Of a DNA stretch of 64,000 nt, positions 18,104 to 29,174 are shown in pieces. This DNA comes from Anaerolineales bacterium (GTDB lineage: Bacteria; Chloroflexota; Anaerolineae; Anaerolineales; UBA6663). Within the stretch, counting starts at the first letter, position 1, and each line of letters opens with the position of its first letter. Location of the stretch: the NCBI GenBank assembly GCA_044224715.1, contig JBGAJV010000014.1, forward strand, positions 19,562 to 83,561. The letters run 5' to 3'. Under the pieces are notes generated by a model. That model was not told the origin of the DNA. It ran no database searches and saw nothing but the letters and a program-made list of their open reading frames with translations. Position numbers and translations under genes: made by a program.

Positions 18104-19687
18104 ATGCGCCAGCGACTCGTTCGATATCCGCTTTGGTATCCGGCCTTGATCGTTGCCCTGATCTTGACGGCCGTCAGCCCGGCCGCGCCGGCCAACGCCG
18201 GATGGGGCAGCCTGACCGGCATCCTGCCGCTGAATGCGTCGATCGGCTACGGCTGGGGCTTCAGCCCCGACGGGCTCTACGTGATCTATGTCGCGGACGC
18301 CGAGGTCGCCGGCCGCAACGAGCTGTACAGCGTGCCGGTCGCCGGCGGGGCCCCGGTCAAACTCAATGCGGGTCTGGTGACGGGCGGAGATGTGACGAAC
18401 TTCGCCGTGACGCCAGACAGCCAGTACGTGGTCTACATCGCAGACCAGGAGGTCGATCAGCGATCCGAACTGTACCGCGTGCCGATCACGGGCGGCTCTG
18501 TGGTGCGGCTTAGTAGCCCGCTGCCCGTCGGCGGCAACGTCGAAAGCCTGAAGATCGACCCCGACAACGTCCGGGTCGTGTACGTCGCCGACGGAACGTC
18601 CAACGACGTCTACGAGTTGTACAGTGTGCCCATCGCGGGCGGCGGGGCCGTCAGGCTGAACCCCCCGCCCGTCAGCGGCGGCAACATCTACAACTACGAA
18701 GTCGATCCCTTTAGCAATCGAGTCGTCTTCACGGGAGACCTGATCGCTGACGCGCGGATCGAGATCTTCGCGGCGCCGATCGCGGGTGGTTCGTCCGTCC
18801 AGTTGAACCCGCTCAATTCCAGGGTCGACCCGTCGTTTCAATTGGATCCGTCGCTGCCGGTTGTCGTGTTCAGCGCGACCCCCAGCGGGTCGAGTTCGGT
18901 CAACCTGTACATGAACACCACCGACGGAAGCGTGCTGACCACGCTCAACGGCGTGTTGGCCTCGAACCAGGATGTGTTTGGGTTCAAGATCACGCCGGAC
19001 GGCGCGCGCGTGATCTACAACATCACCACGATGACGTCGACGCTGTTTGTGACCAGCGGCAACCTGCACAGCGTGTTGATCGGCGGCGGCGCGTCGACCA
19101 TGATCACCGGGCCGGCCGCCAATGGCTATGGCGTGTACGGCGCGACCTTCTCCATCACGTCCGATAGTCAGCGTGTGGTGTACACCTATCAGGCGAACGC
19201 CGCGGCGCTACCCGGCTTGAACTCCGTGCCCGTGACAGGCGGGACCCCGGCCGGCCTTTACGGGGAATCCGCCTTCAACGAGACCATGGGCGGTCGGGTG
19301 GTCAGCCCCGACGGCGCTTGGGTCGTGTTGACGACGACGCCGTCTTACCAGAACTGGGCGATCCCGACGACGGGGGGCTCGCCGGTCAACCTGGGCTATG
19401 GCTATGATCCGCAGTTCACGCCCGACAGCAGCCGGGTGCTGTTCGTCACGGACTCGATCTCCGGGATCTGGGATCTGTACAGCGTGCAGGTCTTTGGCGG
19501 GGGGCTGCGGAATCTGAGCCGCCTTAACGGCTCAGCCGGCGCGGGGGCGTATCAGATCAGCCCGGATGGGACGAAGGTGGCGTTTCTCGTCTCTTATTCG
19601 TCGGATGCCGGAAGCCAGTACGAGATCCGCATCAGCGATGGTGGAGAAGCCCAGTGGGCGCTGTATCTGCCCAGCCTGAGACGCTGA
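18104..19687 (+). CDS. Secreted beta-propeller repeat protein (PD40/TolB-like repeats)
   Basis: Signal peptide. About 10 tandem ~45-aa units of the form (V)VY.AD....ELYSVP.AGG..V.LN. Confidence 0.7.
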   Translation: MRQRLVRYPLWYPALIVALILTAVSPAAPANAGWGSLTGILPLNASIGYGWGFSPDGLYVIYVADAEVAGRNELYSVPVAGGAPVKLNAGLVTGGDVTNFAVTPDSQYVVYIADQEVDQRSELYRVPITGGSVVRLSSPLPVGGNVESLKIDPDNVRVVYVADGTSNDVYELYSVPIAGGGAVRLNPPPVSGGNIYNYEVDPFSNRVVFTGDLIADARIEIFAAPIAGGSSVQLNPLNSRVDPSFQLDPSLPVVVFSATPSGSSSVNLYMNTTDGSVLTTLNGVLASNQDVFGFKITPDGARVIYNITTMTSTLFVTSGNLHSVLIGGGASTMITGPAANGYGVYGATFSITSDSQRVVYTYQANAAALPGLNSVPVTGGTPAGLYGESAFNETMGGRVVSPDGAWVVLTTTPSYQNWAIPTTGGSPVNLGYGYDPQFTPDSSRVLFVTDSISGIWDLYSVQVFGGGLRNLSRLNGSAGAGAYQISPDGTKVAFLVSYSSDAGSQYEIRISDGGEAQWALYLPSLRR

Positions 19688-19880
19688 GGACACAGGCCGT
19701 CAAACGCTCGAAGTGTTCGCCGTCACTCCGGCGGCGCGCGCTTCGGGGCACGGTTCGCTCGCAGGTTCAGGCCCGCGCACGGCATACGCCTGGCCTGGTC
19801 GAGCGTCAATGCTTCGCCCGCAGCCCAATCGCCCGACGTCTCCCTGCCTTTAGTTCAGAGGAGGCCGGGACCGAGGGATA

Positions 19881-19918
19881 CAAAAACTCCCGCTGCTCTG
19901 GTTCAGCGGGAGTTTTGG
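19881..19918 (-). terminator. Stem-loop plus T-run downstream of tRNA-Gln
   Basis: aaaactcccgctg / cagcgggagtttt stem. The minus strand has TTTTT after the stem. Confidence 0.7.
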
Positions 19919-19920
19919 GT

Positions 19921-19994
19921 TGGCTGGGGATCGAGGATTCGAACCTCGGCATACAGATCCAGAGTCTGCTGTCCTACCACTAGACGAATCCCCA
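19921..19994 (-). tRNA. tRNA-Gln (anticodon CTG), CCA encoded
   Basis: The reverse complement TGGGGATTCGTCTAGTGGTAGGACAGCAGACTCTGGATCTGTATGCCGAGGTTCGAATCCTCGATCCCCAGCCA folds as a cloverleaf. Anticodon loop is CTCTGGA. Confidence 0.9.
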
Positions 19995-20119
19995 GTGCGA
20001 CTTTCGATTATACCCAATGTGCCGCGCTGTGTAAATAAGAGATCCGCAAAGGGTCGTGAAAACCGGCGAATTTTGGCCCCTTCACCTCCGGTTTCGAGGC
20101 GCCGTTGGGGCCATCGGTC

Positions 20120-21546
20120 TCAATTCAACGGGACTCGCCGCAGTTCCGGGAAGCGCTCGAGTAACCCATCCAGCGTGCCCGGCTCGACGCCCTTCAGGTG
20201 CGCGTCAAAAAAGGCCAGGCTCACGGCTGAGGTGATCTCCAAACAACGCGCCGGCTCGGTACCGCCGCCGATGCCGATCGCTTCACGGAGGGGAGCCAGC
20301 CCGATATAGAGCCCGACGTCGATGAACTTCATGTGGTCGCAGCCCGAGATCGTGAACAGCGTGTTCGTGCGTTTGAGGACGCCGGTGAGCGCAACCACGT
20401 TCTGGCGCGCCGCGTCGTGTCGTAAGCGGCCGCAAAGGCCTCGGACCCGCCGTAGATGTCGAGCGTGAACTTGCGGTCGGCTTCACTCATCGTTGCGAGT
20501 GCCGGCATCAGCGGCAGGCCGGCCATGAGCGATTGCACATGCCCGCGGTCGTTGGCCAACATCAGGACCGGAGCGACGTCGCCCGGGTCGCCCTGCGGCG
20601 CCACGTAGACGACGCCGTCCAGATCGATCGCGGCTTTGATCCGCGGGTCGTGGAGGGCCAGGTTATAGGCGACGGCGCCGCCGACCGAGTGACCGATGAC
20701 CCCGATGCGTGTCAGGTCCAGCCGCCCGGCGAAACGCGACGCCGGCGAGCCGGCGTTCAGCGCGGACAGTTGATCCAACACGAAGCCGACGTCGTCGGCC
20801 ATGATCTGTGTGATGGGCCCGGCCGGCTCGGGTGTGTCGAAGTTCGTCGTCGCATCGTGCGCCGTGACGGACCGACCGGGGAATACCGTGCCGGCCGAAA
20901 CGTAGGTGTGGTCGATCGCGGCGACCACGTAGCCGTGGCTGGCGAGGTCCTGGCTTTGCGCCGTCTGCGTTTCCAGGCTCATGCCGGCCCCATGCGAGAA
21001 AACCACCACGGGGTAAGTGGGCTCGGCATCGGCCACGGCTGGCTCGACCCACGCCGACGTTCGCACCAGCGTAAGTGGATCGAAGGCAAAGTCGGGCAGG
21101 CTCAGAAAAGTCGTGAACAGATGGACCGTCTGTGGCGATCCGAAGTAGGGCGCGAGTCGTCGGGTCGAGTCGGTCACATCGAGATACTGCACACCCACGG
21201 CATATGGGCCGGTCGGCGGCGGGAGCGTGAACACCGGCAATACGCTGGCCAGAAACGCGGTGACCAGCAGCGACACCGCGGATGCACCCACGACCGGGCC
21301 CTTGATCACACACCGAAACGGCCAGGCGACGCCCAGCGTCTTCGCGCAGGCGGTGAGGGTGAGCAGACCGACAAACACGTAGGCGAGGGCCAGCTGCCAT
21401 CGAGCGCCCTCGCTGACGAGGTGCGCGACAAGCACAGCCACGTCGGCCGCGGCGCTCCCGAGCCAAAGCGCCCGGGTCGACCGCCAGGCCAGAAGACCTA
21501 GGCTCGCCAGACCGGCGAGCACAAACAGGATTTCGAAGTCTCGCAT
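20120..21546 (-). pseudogene. Membrane-anchored alpha/beta hydrolase (PAF-acetylhydrolase/dienelactone-hydrolase-like) interrupted by a frameshift near 20395-20415
   Basis: N-terminal TM helices, then VVVFSHGAG and GVIGHSVGG (GxSxG). The frame ends as ...AAYDTTRRA. The expected C-terminus (QNVVALTGVLKRTNTLFTISGCDHMKF...) continues in another frame (ORF 20120-20398). Confidence 0.7.
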
Positions 21547-21721
21547 GAGCTTCTCCCGTCGCTCGACGATCGCCAAGCGACCCGTCGACTGTAAAACGGG
21601 TTGACGCTCGCCTGATCCATCTGGAGGATGAATTCGGTTCACCCGCGTGGTGGGTCGTTTGCGGGCAGCCGTCGACCGACGCCGAACGATCCCGACGTGA
21701 GTCGGCGCTACCGCGGGCGCG

Positions 21722-22258
21722 CTATTCGGGTTTGTGCGTGGAGGAAGGAGCGAGCCCGAGCGGGATGTTGGGCGGCCACATCAACCAGACGTCGGCCTGG
21801 GTCGTGGCCAGGCGTTCGTCGACGCTGGGATGACTTGCCTCGGAGAAGGCGACGGGCAGGGCGCCGTGCTCGGCGGCGTGCACCACCGACAGGAACCAGT
21901 TGGCGTAGACCGGGTCCGGTCCAAGCGCCTGTTCGCACACGGTCGTGAACGTGCGCACGAACGACTCGGCCATCTCCTTGATCGACATCTTGGCGCCGTC
22001 GTTCCAGCCGAAGAAGTGATAGTCCTCGGAGGTCGAGTAGCGCGCGGCCAGAAGATTCCCGACCTGTTCGCCCGCCCCGTGGGCCGGATCCATGCGACTG
22101 GCCGGCACAAGCGCGCACCGCCAGTCCCCGCCGGCCGGGGCCAGGCCGGGCGCGATCCGCAGACGCTGAAAGCCGCGGGCATGTAGCTCCGCCACCATGC
22201 GCAGCAGCTTGAGGGCCGCGCCGAGCGGGTCGAGGACGTCTTCCTTTTCCTTGGGCAT
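21722..22258 (-). CDS. Hypothetical protein (178 aa)
   Basis: ATG at 22258 (MPKEKEDVLDPLG...). No recognisable family. The upstream ORF extension crosses a GGGAGCG repeat tract. Confidence 0.5.
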   Translation of the reverse strand: MPKEKEDVLDPLGAALKLLRMVAELHARGFQRLRIAPGLAPAGGDWRCALVPASRMDPAHGAGEQVGNLLAARYSTSEDYHFFGWNDGAKMSIKEMAESFVRTFTTVCEQALGPDPVYANWFLSVVHAAEHGALPVAFSEASHPSVDERLATTQADVWLMWPPNIPLGLAPSSTHKPE

Positions 22259-22434
22259 GACGCCCGGATTGTACAACGGGGGAGCGGGGGAGCACGGGAG
22301 CGAGAGCGCGCCGGAGTGCGGGAGCGTACCCGGCCATTTCGTCTTGCGGGCGACGCAAGCGCCGCCCCTCATCGCCCTTCGCCCATAATGCGCTAAACTA
22401 GCCCAATCCCATCGTAAGGACAGTTCCAGCACCC

Positions 22435-24111
<1,677 letters not shown>

Positions 24112-24116
24112 GGCGG

Positions 24117-24156
24117 GGGAGCGCTGGGAGCACGCTTCCAGCGCTCACGCGCTCCC
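24117..24156. terminator. Stem-loop between convergent glnS and gltX (GGGAGCG-type arms)
   Basis: gggagcgc ... gcgctccc outer stem with an inner gctgggag/cttccagc pairing. It overlaps the last codons of gltX. Confidence 0.5.
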
Positions 24157-25614
24157 GGCGCTGCGTAAAGTCGCTTCCGCCCGCTCCAGCCGCGCCAGCA
24201 CGATCTCGCGGCCGATGATCTCCATACTTTCGAACAACGGCGGGCTGACGGGCTGACCCATGACGGCCTGTCGCAGGATGCCGAAGAGCTGGCCGGGCTT
24301 GAGGCCGAGCCGCTCGGCCAGGCCGCGCAGCGGCGGCTCGAGCGCCTCCAGGGTGAAGTCGGCGCTGGCCTTGATCAGGGCGTTGGCGGCCTCGAGCACG
24401 CCGAGCGCCTGGCCGGCCGTCAGGCCCTTGGGTGTGAGCGCCTCGGCGGTCGAGGGTGGCACCTCGCGGAAGAACAGCCCGGCGAAATCGACGGCGTCGT
24501 CGAGCGTCACCAAGCGCGGTTGGATCAGCGGCGTGATCCGCGCGAGCAGCGCCGGATCCGCGGCGATGCCGGCCTTCGCGAAGAACGGCAGCAGCCGACC
24601 TGTCAGGTCTGTTATGTCGAGCCTGCGGATCCACTTGCCGTTGAAGTCGTCGAGCTTCTCGAAATTGACACGCGCTGGCGCCGGGTTGAGGTTGTCGATC
24701 TTGAAGCGCTCGGTCATGCCGGCCAGATCGAGCAGTTCCTCCTCGGCGCCGAACGACGCGCCCATCAAGGCCGTCCAGCTGTTGATGGCCTCAGGCAGAT
24801 AGCCCATCTCCCGCAGCTCGAGCGCGTAGATCGATTGCTCGCTGGTCACGTCGCGCTTGCTCATCTTGCCCTTGCCGGTCGGCTTGAGGAAGACCGACAG
24901 GTGGCACCACTTCGGCTCCGGCCAGCCAAAGGCCCGGATGATCAGCGCATGCAACGGAAAGGTGCCCAGCCACTCCGAGCCGCGCAGGACGTGCGTGATG
25001 GCCATCTCATGGTCGTCGACCATGGCCGCCAGGTGGTACAGCGCGAGCCCATCGCTCTTGACGATGATGTAGTCGTCGATCGTGGTGTTCTCGACCGTGA
25101 TGTCGCCGCGCAGTTCGTCGCGCACGGTGGTGGCGCCGTCCTTCGGCGTTTTGAAGCGGATGACGAACGACTCGCCGGCCGCGGCGCGCCGATCCGACTC
25201 GTCGCGGCTGAGCTCGCGACAGGTGCCGTCGTAGCGAGTCGGCAGCTTGGCCTTCTGCTGTTGCTCGCGCACGGTCTTCAAGCGCTCGGGCGTGCAGAAG
25301 CAGCGGTAGGCGTGACCGCTCTCGAGCAGTTGCTGCGCGTGACGCTGGTACAGTTCGCGCCGCGCGAGCTGGTTGTACGGCGCGTGCGGGCCGCCGACGC
25401 CGGGGCCTTCGTCCCACTGCAGCCCGAGCCAGCGCATGGCCTCCTGGATCTCGGCCAGCGACTCGGGCGTGCTGCGCTTGGTGTCGGTGTCCTCGATGCG
25501 CAGGATGAACTGCCCGCCGCTCTGGTGGGCCAGCAGCACGTTGTAAAGCGCCGTGCGCGCGCTGCCGATGTGAAACCGGCCGGTTGGTGAGGGGGCGAAG
25601 CGAACGCGAATCAT
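24145..25614 (-). CDS. gltX: Glutamyl-tRNA synthetase
   Basis: MIRVRFAPSPTGRFHIGSARTA (HIGH region) and KMSKR motif. ATG at 25614 chosen over the longer ORF start. Confidence 0.9.
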   Translation of the reverse strand: MIRVRFAPSPTGRFHIGSARTALYNVLLAHQSGGQFILRIEDTDTKRSTPESLAEIQEAMRWLGLQWDEGPGVGGPHAPYNQLARRELYQRHAQQLLESGHAYRCFCTPERLKTVREQQQKAKLPTRYDGTCRELSRDESDRRAAAGESFVIRFKTPKDGATTVRDELRGDITVENTTIDDYIIVKSDGLALYHLAAMVDDHEMAITHVLRGSEWLGTFPLHALIIRAFGWPEPKWCHLSVFLKPTGKGKMSKRDVTSEQSIYALELREMGYLPEAINSWTALMGASFGAEEELLDLAGMTERFKIDNLNPAPARVNFEKLDDFNGKWIRRLDITDLTGRLLPFFAKAGIAADPALLARITPLIQPRLVTLDDAVDFAGLFFREVPPSTAEALTPKGLTAGQALGVLEAANALIKASADFTLEALEPPLRGLAERLGLKPGQLFGILRQAVMGQPVSPPLFESMEIIGREIVLARLERAEATLRSAGSA

Positions 25615-25692
25615 TGGGCGATTGAGTGAACGGGGGATTGGGTGACTGGTGAACGGGCAATCGCCCATTCCCCTGTTCGCCCAATCACCCAG
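25613..25692. repeat. Sub-repeat-built palindromic element (GGGYGAT type)
   Basis: gggcgattgagtgaacgggggattgggtgactggtgaacggg / caatcgcccattcccctgttcgcccaatcaccc. Lies between the gltX start and the rodA stop. Confidence 0.65.
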
Positions 25693-25695
25693 TGC

Positions 25696-26823
25696 TTAGA
25701 ATTCGATCTGCTTGTGCCGCAACACCACGCTCTGCACCAGTCCGATGCCGATCAGATAGGTCCAAAGCGAGGAGCCGCCGTAGCTGACGAAGGGCAGCAC
25801 CGAACCCGAGACCGGGATCAGGTTGAGGTTCGAGGCGATGTTGGTGAAGGACTCGAAGAACACGACGGTGCCGATCCCGAAGCAGATGATCTTGCCGTAC
25901 GGGTCGCGCGCCATCTGGCCGATGCGATAGATCCGAAAGACCACGAAGCCGAGCAGCAGCAACACCAGCACCGCGCCGACGAAGCCGAACTCGTTGCCGA
26001 TCGTGGCGTAGATGAAGTCGGTCTGGCGGACTTTGAGGAAGCGGAGCTGCACCTGGCTGCCGTTGCCGTAGCCCTGCCCAAACCAGCCGCCCGAGCCGAT
26101 GCTGATCAGCGCCTGCTCGATGTTGTAGTTCGCGCCCTGGCTGGCCTCGGCGTCCGCCGCCGGCACCAGGAAGGTCAGGATGCGTTGCCCGATGTAGGCG
26201 TAGTCCTCGTTCGTGAACACGAACCAGAGCACAAACGGCAGCACCGCGGCCACGGCGAAGGCGAAGATCCCCAGATGGCTGATGCGCACGCCGCCCGCCC
26301 ACAGGATGGCGAACCAGACCACGCCGTACGTGAGCGCCGTCGACAGGTCTGGCTGGATGAAGATCAGGGCCGCCGGCACCGCGACGTGGATCAGGCTGCG
26401 CACGATCGTGCTGAACCGCCCGATACGGTCCTTGTTTTGGGCGACAAAGCTGCCCAGCGTGAGCGTGATCAGGAATTTACCGAGCTCGGCTGGTTGGAAG
26501 TTGATGATGCCCAGGTCGATCCAGCGCACGGCGCCGAACGAGGCGAGGCCGACCACCAGCACCACCATCAGCAGCACGATCAGCGCGGCGTAGATGAACA
26601 CGCTGTACGAGCCGTAGACCCGATAGTCCACGGCGCTGACCGTGATGACGATCACCATCCCGATCACGGCGTAGATCACCTGCCGGCCGGCCTGGCCCTG
26701 CACGTCGGTGTCGATCGACGTCAGGTTGGCCGAGCGGATCATGGTGATGCCGAACAGGATCAACAGCAGCACCGCGCCCATCAGGGCGAAGTCGAAATGC
26801 CGCCAGGTCTTGGTCGAGAACAT
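25696..26823 (-). CDS. rodA: SEDS-family peptidoglycan glycosyltransferase RodA
   Basis: FtsW/RodA/SpoVE polytopic membrane protein with blocks QPAELGK, TDFIYATIGNEFGF and PFVSYGGSS. It is the last gene of the mre/min operon. Confidence 0.85.
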   Translation of the reverse strand: MFSTKTWRHFDFALMGAVLLLILFGITMIRSANLTSIDTDVQGQAGRQVIYAVIGMVIVITVSAVDYRVYGSYSVFIYAALIVLLMVVLVVGLASFGAVRWIDLGIINFQPAELGKFLITLTLGSFVAQNKDRIGRFSTIVRSLIHVAVPAALIFIQPDLSTALTYGVVWFAILWAGGVRISHLGIFAFAVAAVLPFVLWFVFTNEDYAYIGQRILTFLVPAADAEASQGANYNIEQALISIGSGGWFGQGYGNGSQVQLRFLKVRQTDFIYATIGNEFGFVGAVLVLLLLGFVVFRIYRIGQMARDPYGKIICFGIGTVVFFESFTNIASNLNLIPVSGSVLPFVSYGGSSLWTYLIGIGLVQSVVLRHKQIEF

Positions 26824-27046
26824 AGGACAACCATTCTACCGCGAAAGACCCAGGCGCCGATCAAGCGGGAGAATCTTTGTGCACGAGCAAGGTGTCAGTC
26901 GCGGAATCTGGCCGCAGATGACGCGGATTTCGCTGACGGAAACGGGACCGATACCAGCAGGCTCCAAGAGTCAAAATCAGCGTAATCAGCGGCAAGGGCC
27001 GCTGATCAAGCGCGCATGCACACGAGAAACCGGCCCGTACGAGCTT

Positions 27047-27116
27047 AACCGCGAAGACGCGCAGGGCGCGAAGATCCTATGCATAGGATCTTCGCGCCCT
27101 GCGCGTCTTCGCGGTT
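27047..27116. repeat. 70-bp perfect palindrome (CGCGAAG-type sub-repeats) just downstream of minE
   Basis: aaccgcgaagacgcgcagggcgcgaagatcctatg | cataggatcttcgcgccctgcgcgtcttcgcggtt, symmetric about 27081/27082 with no mismatch. Confidence 0.9.
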
Positions 27117-27128
27117 GTTCAGCTTGGT

Positions 27129-27404
27129 TTAGCGTCGCCGTCGGCGGGCCGAGGCTTCGAGCAGCGGGATGTTGGCCACCAGCCGGTTCTCACGCTTGTC
27201 TTGCGTGAGAGCGACCTCGACCTGACCCGCGTCGATGGCCACGTGTTTCTGGATCACGGCGATGATCTCGTCCTTGATCAGTTCGATCGTGGCCGGCGTG
27301 ACGTCGGTGCGATCGTGGATCAGGACGAGCTGCAGCCGCTCCTTGGCCGAAGCGGCGCTCGAGCTGCCATTCGTCCAGCCGATCAGTCTGTCCCACCAGG
27401 TCAT
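27129..27404 (-). CDS. minE: Cell division topological specificity factor MinE
   Basis: 91 aa. SAKERLQLVLIHDR...IIAVIQKHV pattern. Lies immediately after minD. Confidence 0.85.
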   Translation of the reverse strand: MTWWDRLIGWTNGSSSAASAKERLQLVLIHDRTDVTPATIELIKDEIIAVIQKHVAIDAGQVEVALTQDKRENRLVANIPLLEASARRRRR

Positions 27405-27413
27405 GGCCGCCTC

Positions 27414-28211
27414 CTACCGGGCGCCGAACAGCGCGCCGATGCGCTGCAGGAAGCCGGACTTCTCTTCGAGCGCCATGAAGGGCACGTCCTGGCCCAACAG
27501 ACGCCGCGCGATGTCGCGATAGGCCTGGCCGGCGCGGTTCTTCTCGTCAAGCGCCGCCGGGGCGCCGCGGTTCGACGAGACCAGGATGCCCTCGTCCTCG
27601 GGCACCACGCCGATCAACGGGATGGCCAGGATGTCGAGCACGTCGTCCTGGCTGAGCATGTCGCCGCGCTTGACCATGTCCATCTTCACGCGGTTGATGA
27701 TCAGGTGCCCGGGGCCCTTGCCCTCGGCCTCGATCAGACCCACGATCCGGTCGGCATCGCGCACGGCCGAGACCTCGGGGTTCGTCACGATCAACACCTG
27801 GTCGGCCGGGGCGACGGCGTTGCGGAAACCGCGTTCGATGCCGGCCGGCGAGTCGACCAGGATGTAGTCCATGTCCTGGCGCAGCTCCTCGGCCAGCTTG
27901 ATCATGTCGGCCGGACTGACCGCGGCCTTGTCGCGCGTTTGCGCCGCCGGGATCAGATACATCTCGGGCAGGCGCTTGTCCTTGATCATGGCCTGGCGCA
28001 CACGTGCGCGACCCTCGACCACGTCGACGATGTCGTAGACGATGCGGTTCTCGAGGCCCATGACCACGTCGAGGTTGCGCAGACCGATGTCGGCGTCGAT
28101 GCACACGACCTTGGCGCCCGTTTGGGCAAGCGCGACGGCGATATTGGCCGTAGTGGTCGTTTTGCCCACACCGCCTTTGCCCGACGTGATGGTGATGACT
28201 TTACCCGCCAT
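27414..28211 (-). CDS. minD: Septum site-determining ATPase MinD
   Basis: MAGKVITITSGKGGVGKTT deviant Walker A. ATG at 28211. Confidence 0.9.
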   Translation of the reverse strand: MAGKVITITSGKGGVGKTTTTANIAVALAQTGAKVVCIDADIGLRNLDVVMGLENRIVYDIVDVVEGRARVRQAMIKDKRLPEMYLIPAAQTRDKAAVSPADMIKLAEELRQDMDYILVDSPAGIERGFRNAVAPADQVLIVTNPEVSAVRDADRIVGLIEAEGKGPGHLIINRVKMDMVKRGDMLSQDDVLDILAIPLIGVVPEDEGILVSSNRGAPAALDEKNRAGQAYRDIARRLLGQDVPFMALEEKSGFLQRIGALFGAR

Positions 28212-28264
28212 AGGTGTGTACTCCGCGTCTCGTGCGAGCCCCAACCGTCTGTCGGGGTCTCAAC

Positions 28265-28987
28265 TTACCGTGTGCGCGTGCCGCTCCAGCGCTCGGCGAC
28301 GATCCGATCGTCGCGCACGCGCGCGATTTCAGGTTGAGGCTGCCCGGCCGGGCCGGGCGCCGTCGCGATCTTGCCGGCGATGCGGAGCTGCGTCGGCTGC
28401 AGGTCGAGCGCGCAGACCACGGCGCGCTCGTCGCCATCGGCGCCCGCGTGCGCGACGCCGCGCAGACGCCCCCAGACGACGATGTTGCCGGTCGCCACGA
28501 TCTCGGCCCCCGGGTTGACGTCGCCCATGACGACGACGTGCCCGGCGTAGCGCACGGTGCGCCCGGAGCGCAGCGTGTGCGAGACGAGCAGGGCGGCCTC
28601 GCCGGCCTCCTCGTGGCTGAGCTCGACGTCGTCGTCGCCCTTGTCTTTGTCCAGGCTCGTGGTCGGCAGCGCCACGTTAAGCCCGGCGGCCTGCGCGGCC
28701 AGCGTGATCGCGTCCGCGCCGAGCACGGTCGCCAGCGTCACGCGCCGCGCGTCGAGCGTCACCCGCAGAGTCGCCAGCGATTCGGCCGTCGAGGTGAGCT
28801 CGCCCACGTCGAGCGCGACGCGCGCGCCGCGGAAGAAATCGGCGGTTTGATCGATCCGGCTGATGACGGCCGTCGCCGCCTCGTCCCAGGTCGCGGCCCC
28901 GCGAACCGTCAGGAGCAACCCATCGCGGATGCCCTTGATGCTGACCGTTGTGGTGGGCGTGCTGGCCCCGATAACCGTTTCACCCAT
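28265..28987 (-). CDS. minC: Septum site-determining protein MinC
   Basis: C-terminal beta-helix block GDVNPGAEIVATGNIVVWGRLRGVAHAG. Confidence 0.8.
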   Translation of the reverse strand: MGETVIGASTPTTTVSIKGIRDGLLLTVRGAATWDEAATAVISRIDQTADFFRGARVALDVGELTSTAESLATLRVTLDARRVTLATVLGADAITLAAQAAGLNVALPTTSLDKDKGDDDVELSHEEAGEAALLVSHTLRSGRTVRYAGHVVVMGDVNPGAEIVATGNIVVWGRLRGVAHAGADGDERAVVCALDLQPTQLRIAGKIATAPGPAGQPQPEIARVRDDRIVAERWSGTRTR

Positions 28988-29174
28988 AAGTTGGGCGGGA
29001 TTATAGGCCTTCTCCGCAAAAATGCGAATCAGTTGCGCATAACCAAAGGACCGGAATCAGGACATATGGCCCCTAGGGGGAAGCCGAGGCCGTATCTCCC
29101 GCTCCCTTAAAACACCCAAAACGGGCGACTTGGCGGGAACTGCGGCATGCCTTGGCCGGGGTTGGCCCGGCCGT

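Noticed and set aside
17807-19069. 420-aa ORF on the minus strand
   Set aside because: It is antisense to the beta-propeller gene, whose repeat structure and signal peptide support the plus strand.
25642-26985. 447-aa ORF on the plus strand
   Set aside because: It is antisense to rodA. The His/Asp/Arg-rich composition is implausible for a real protein.
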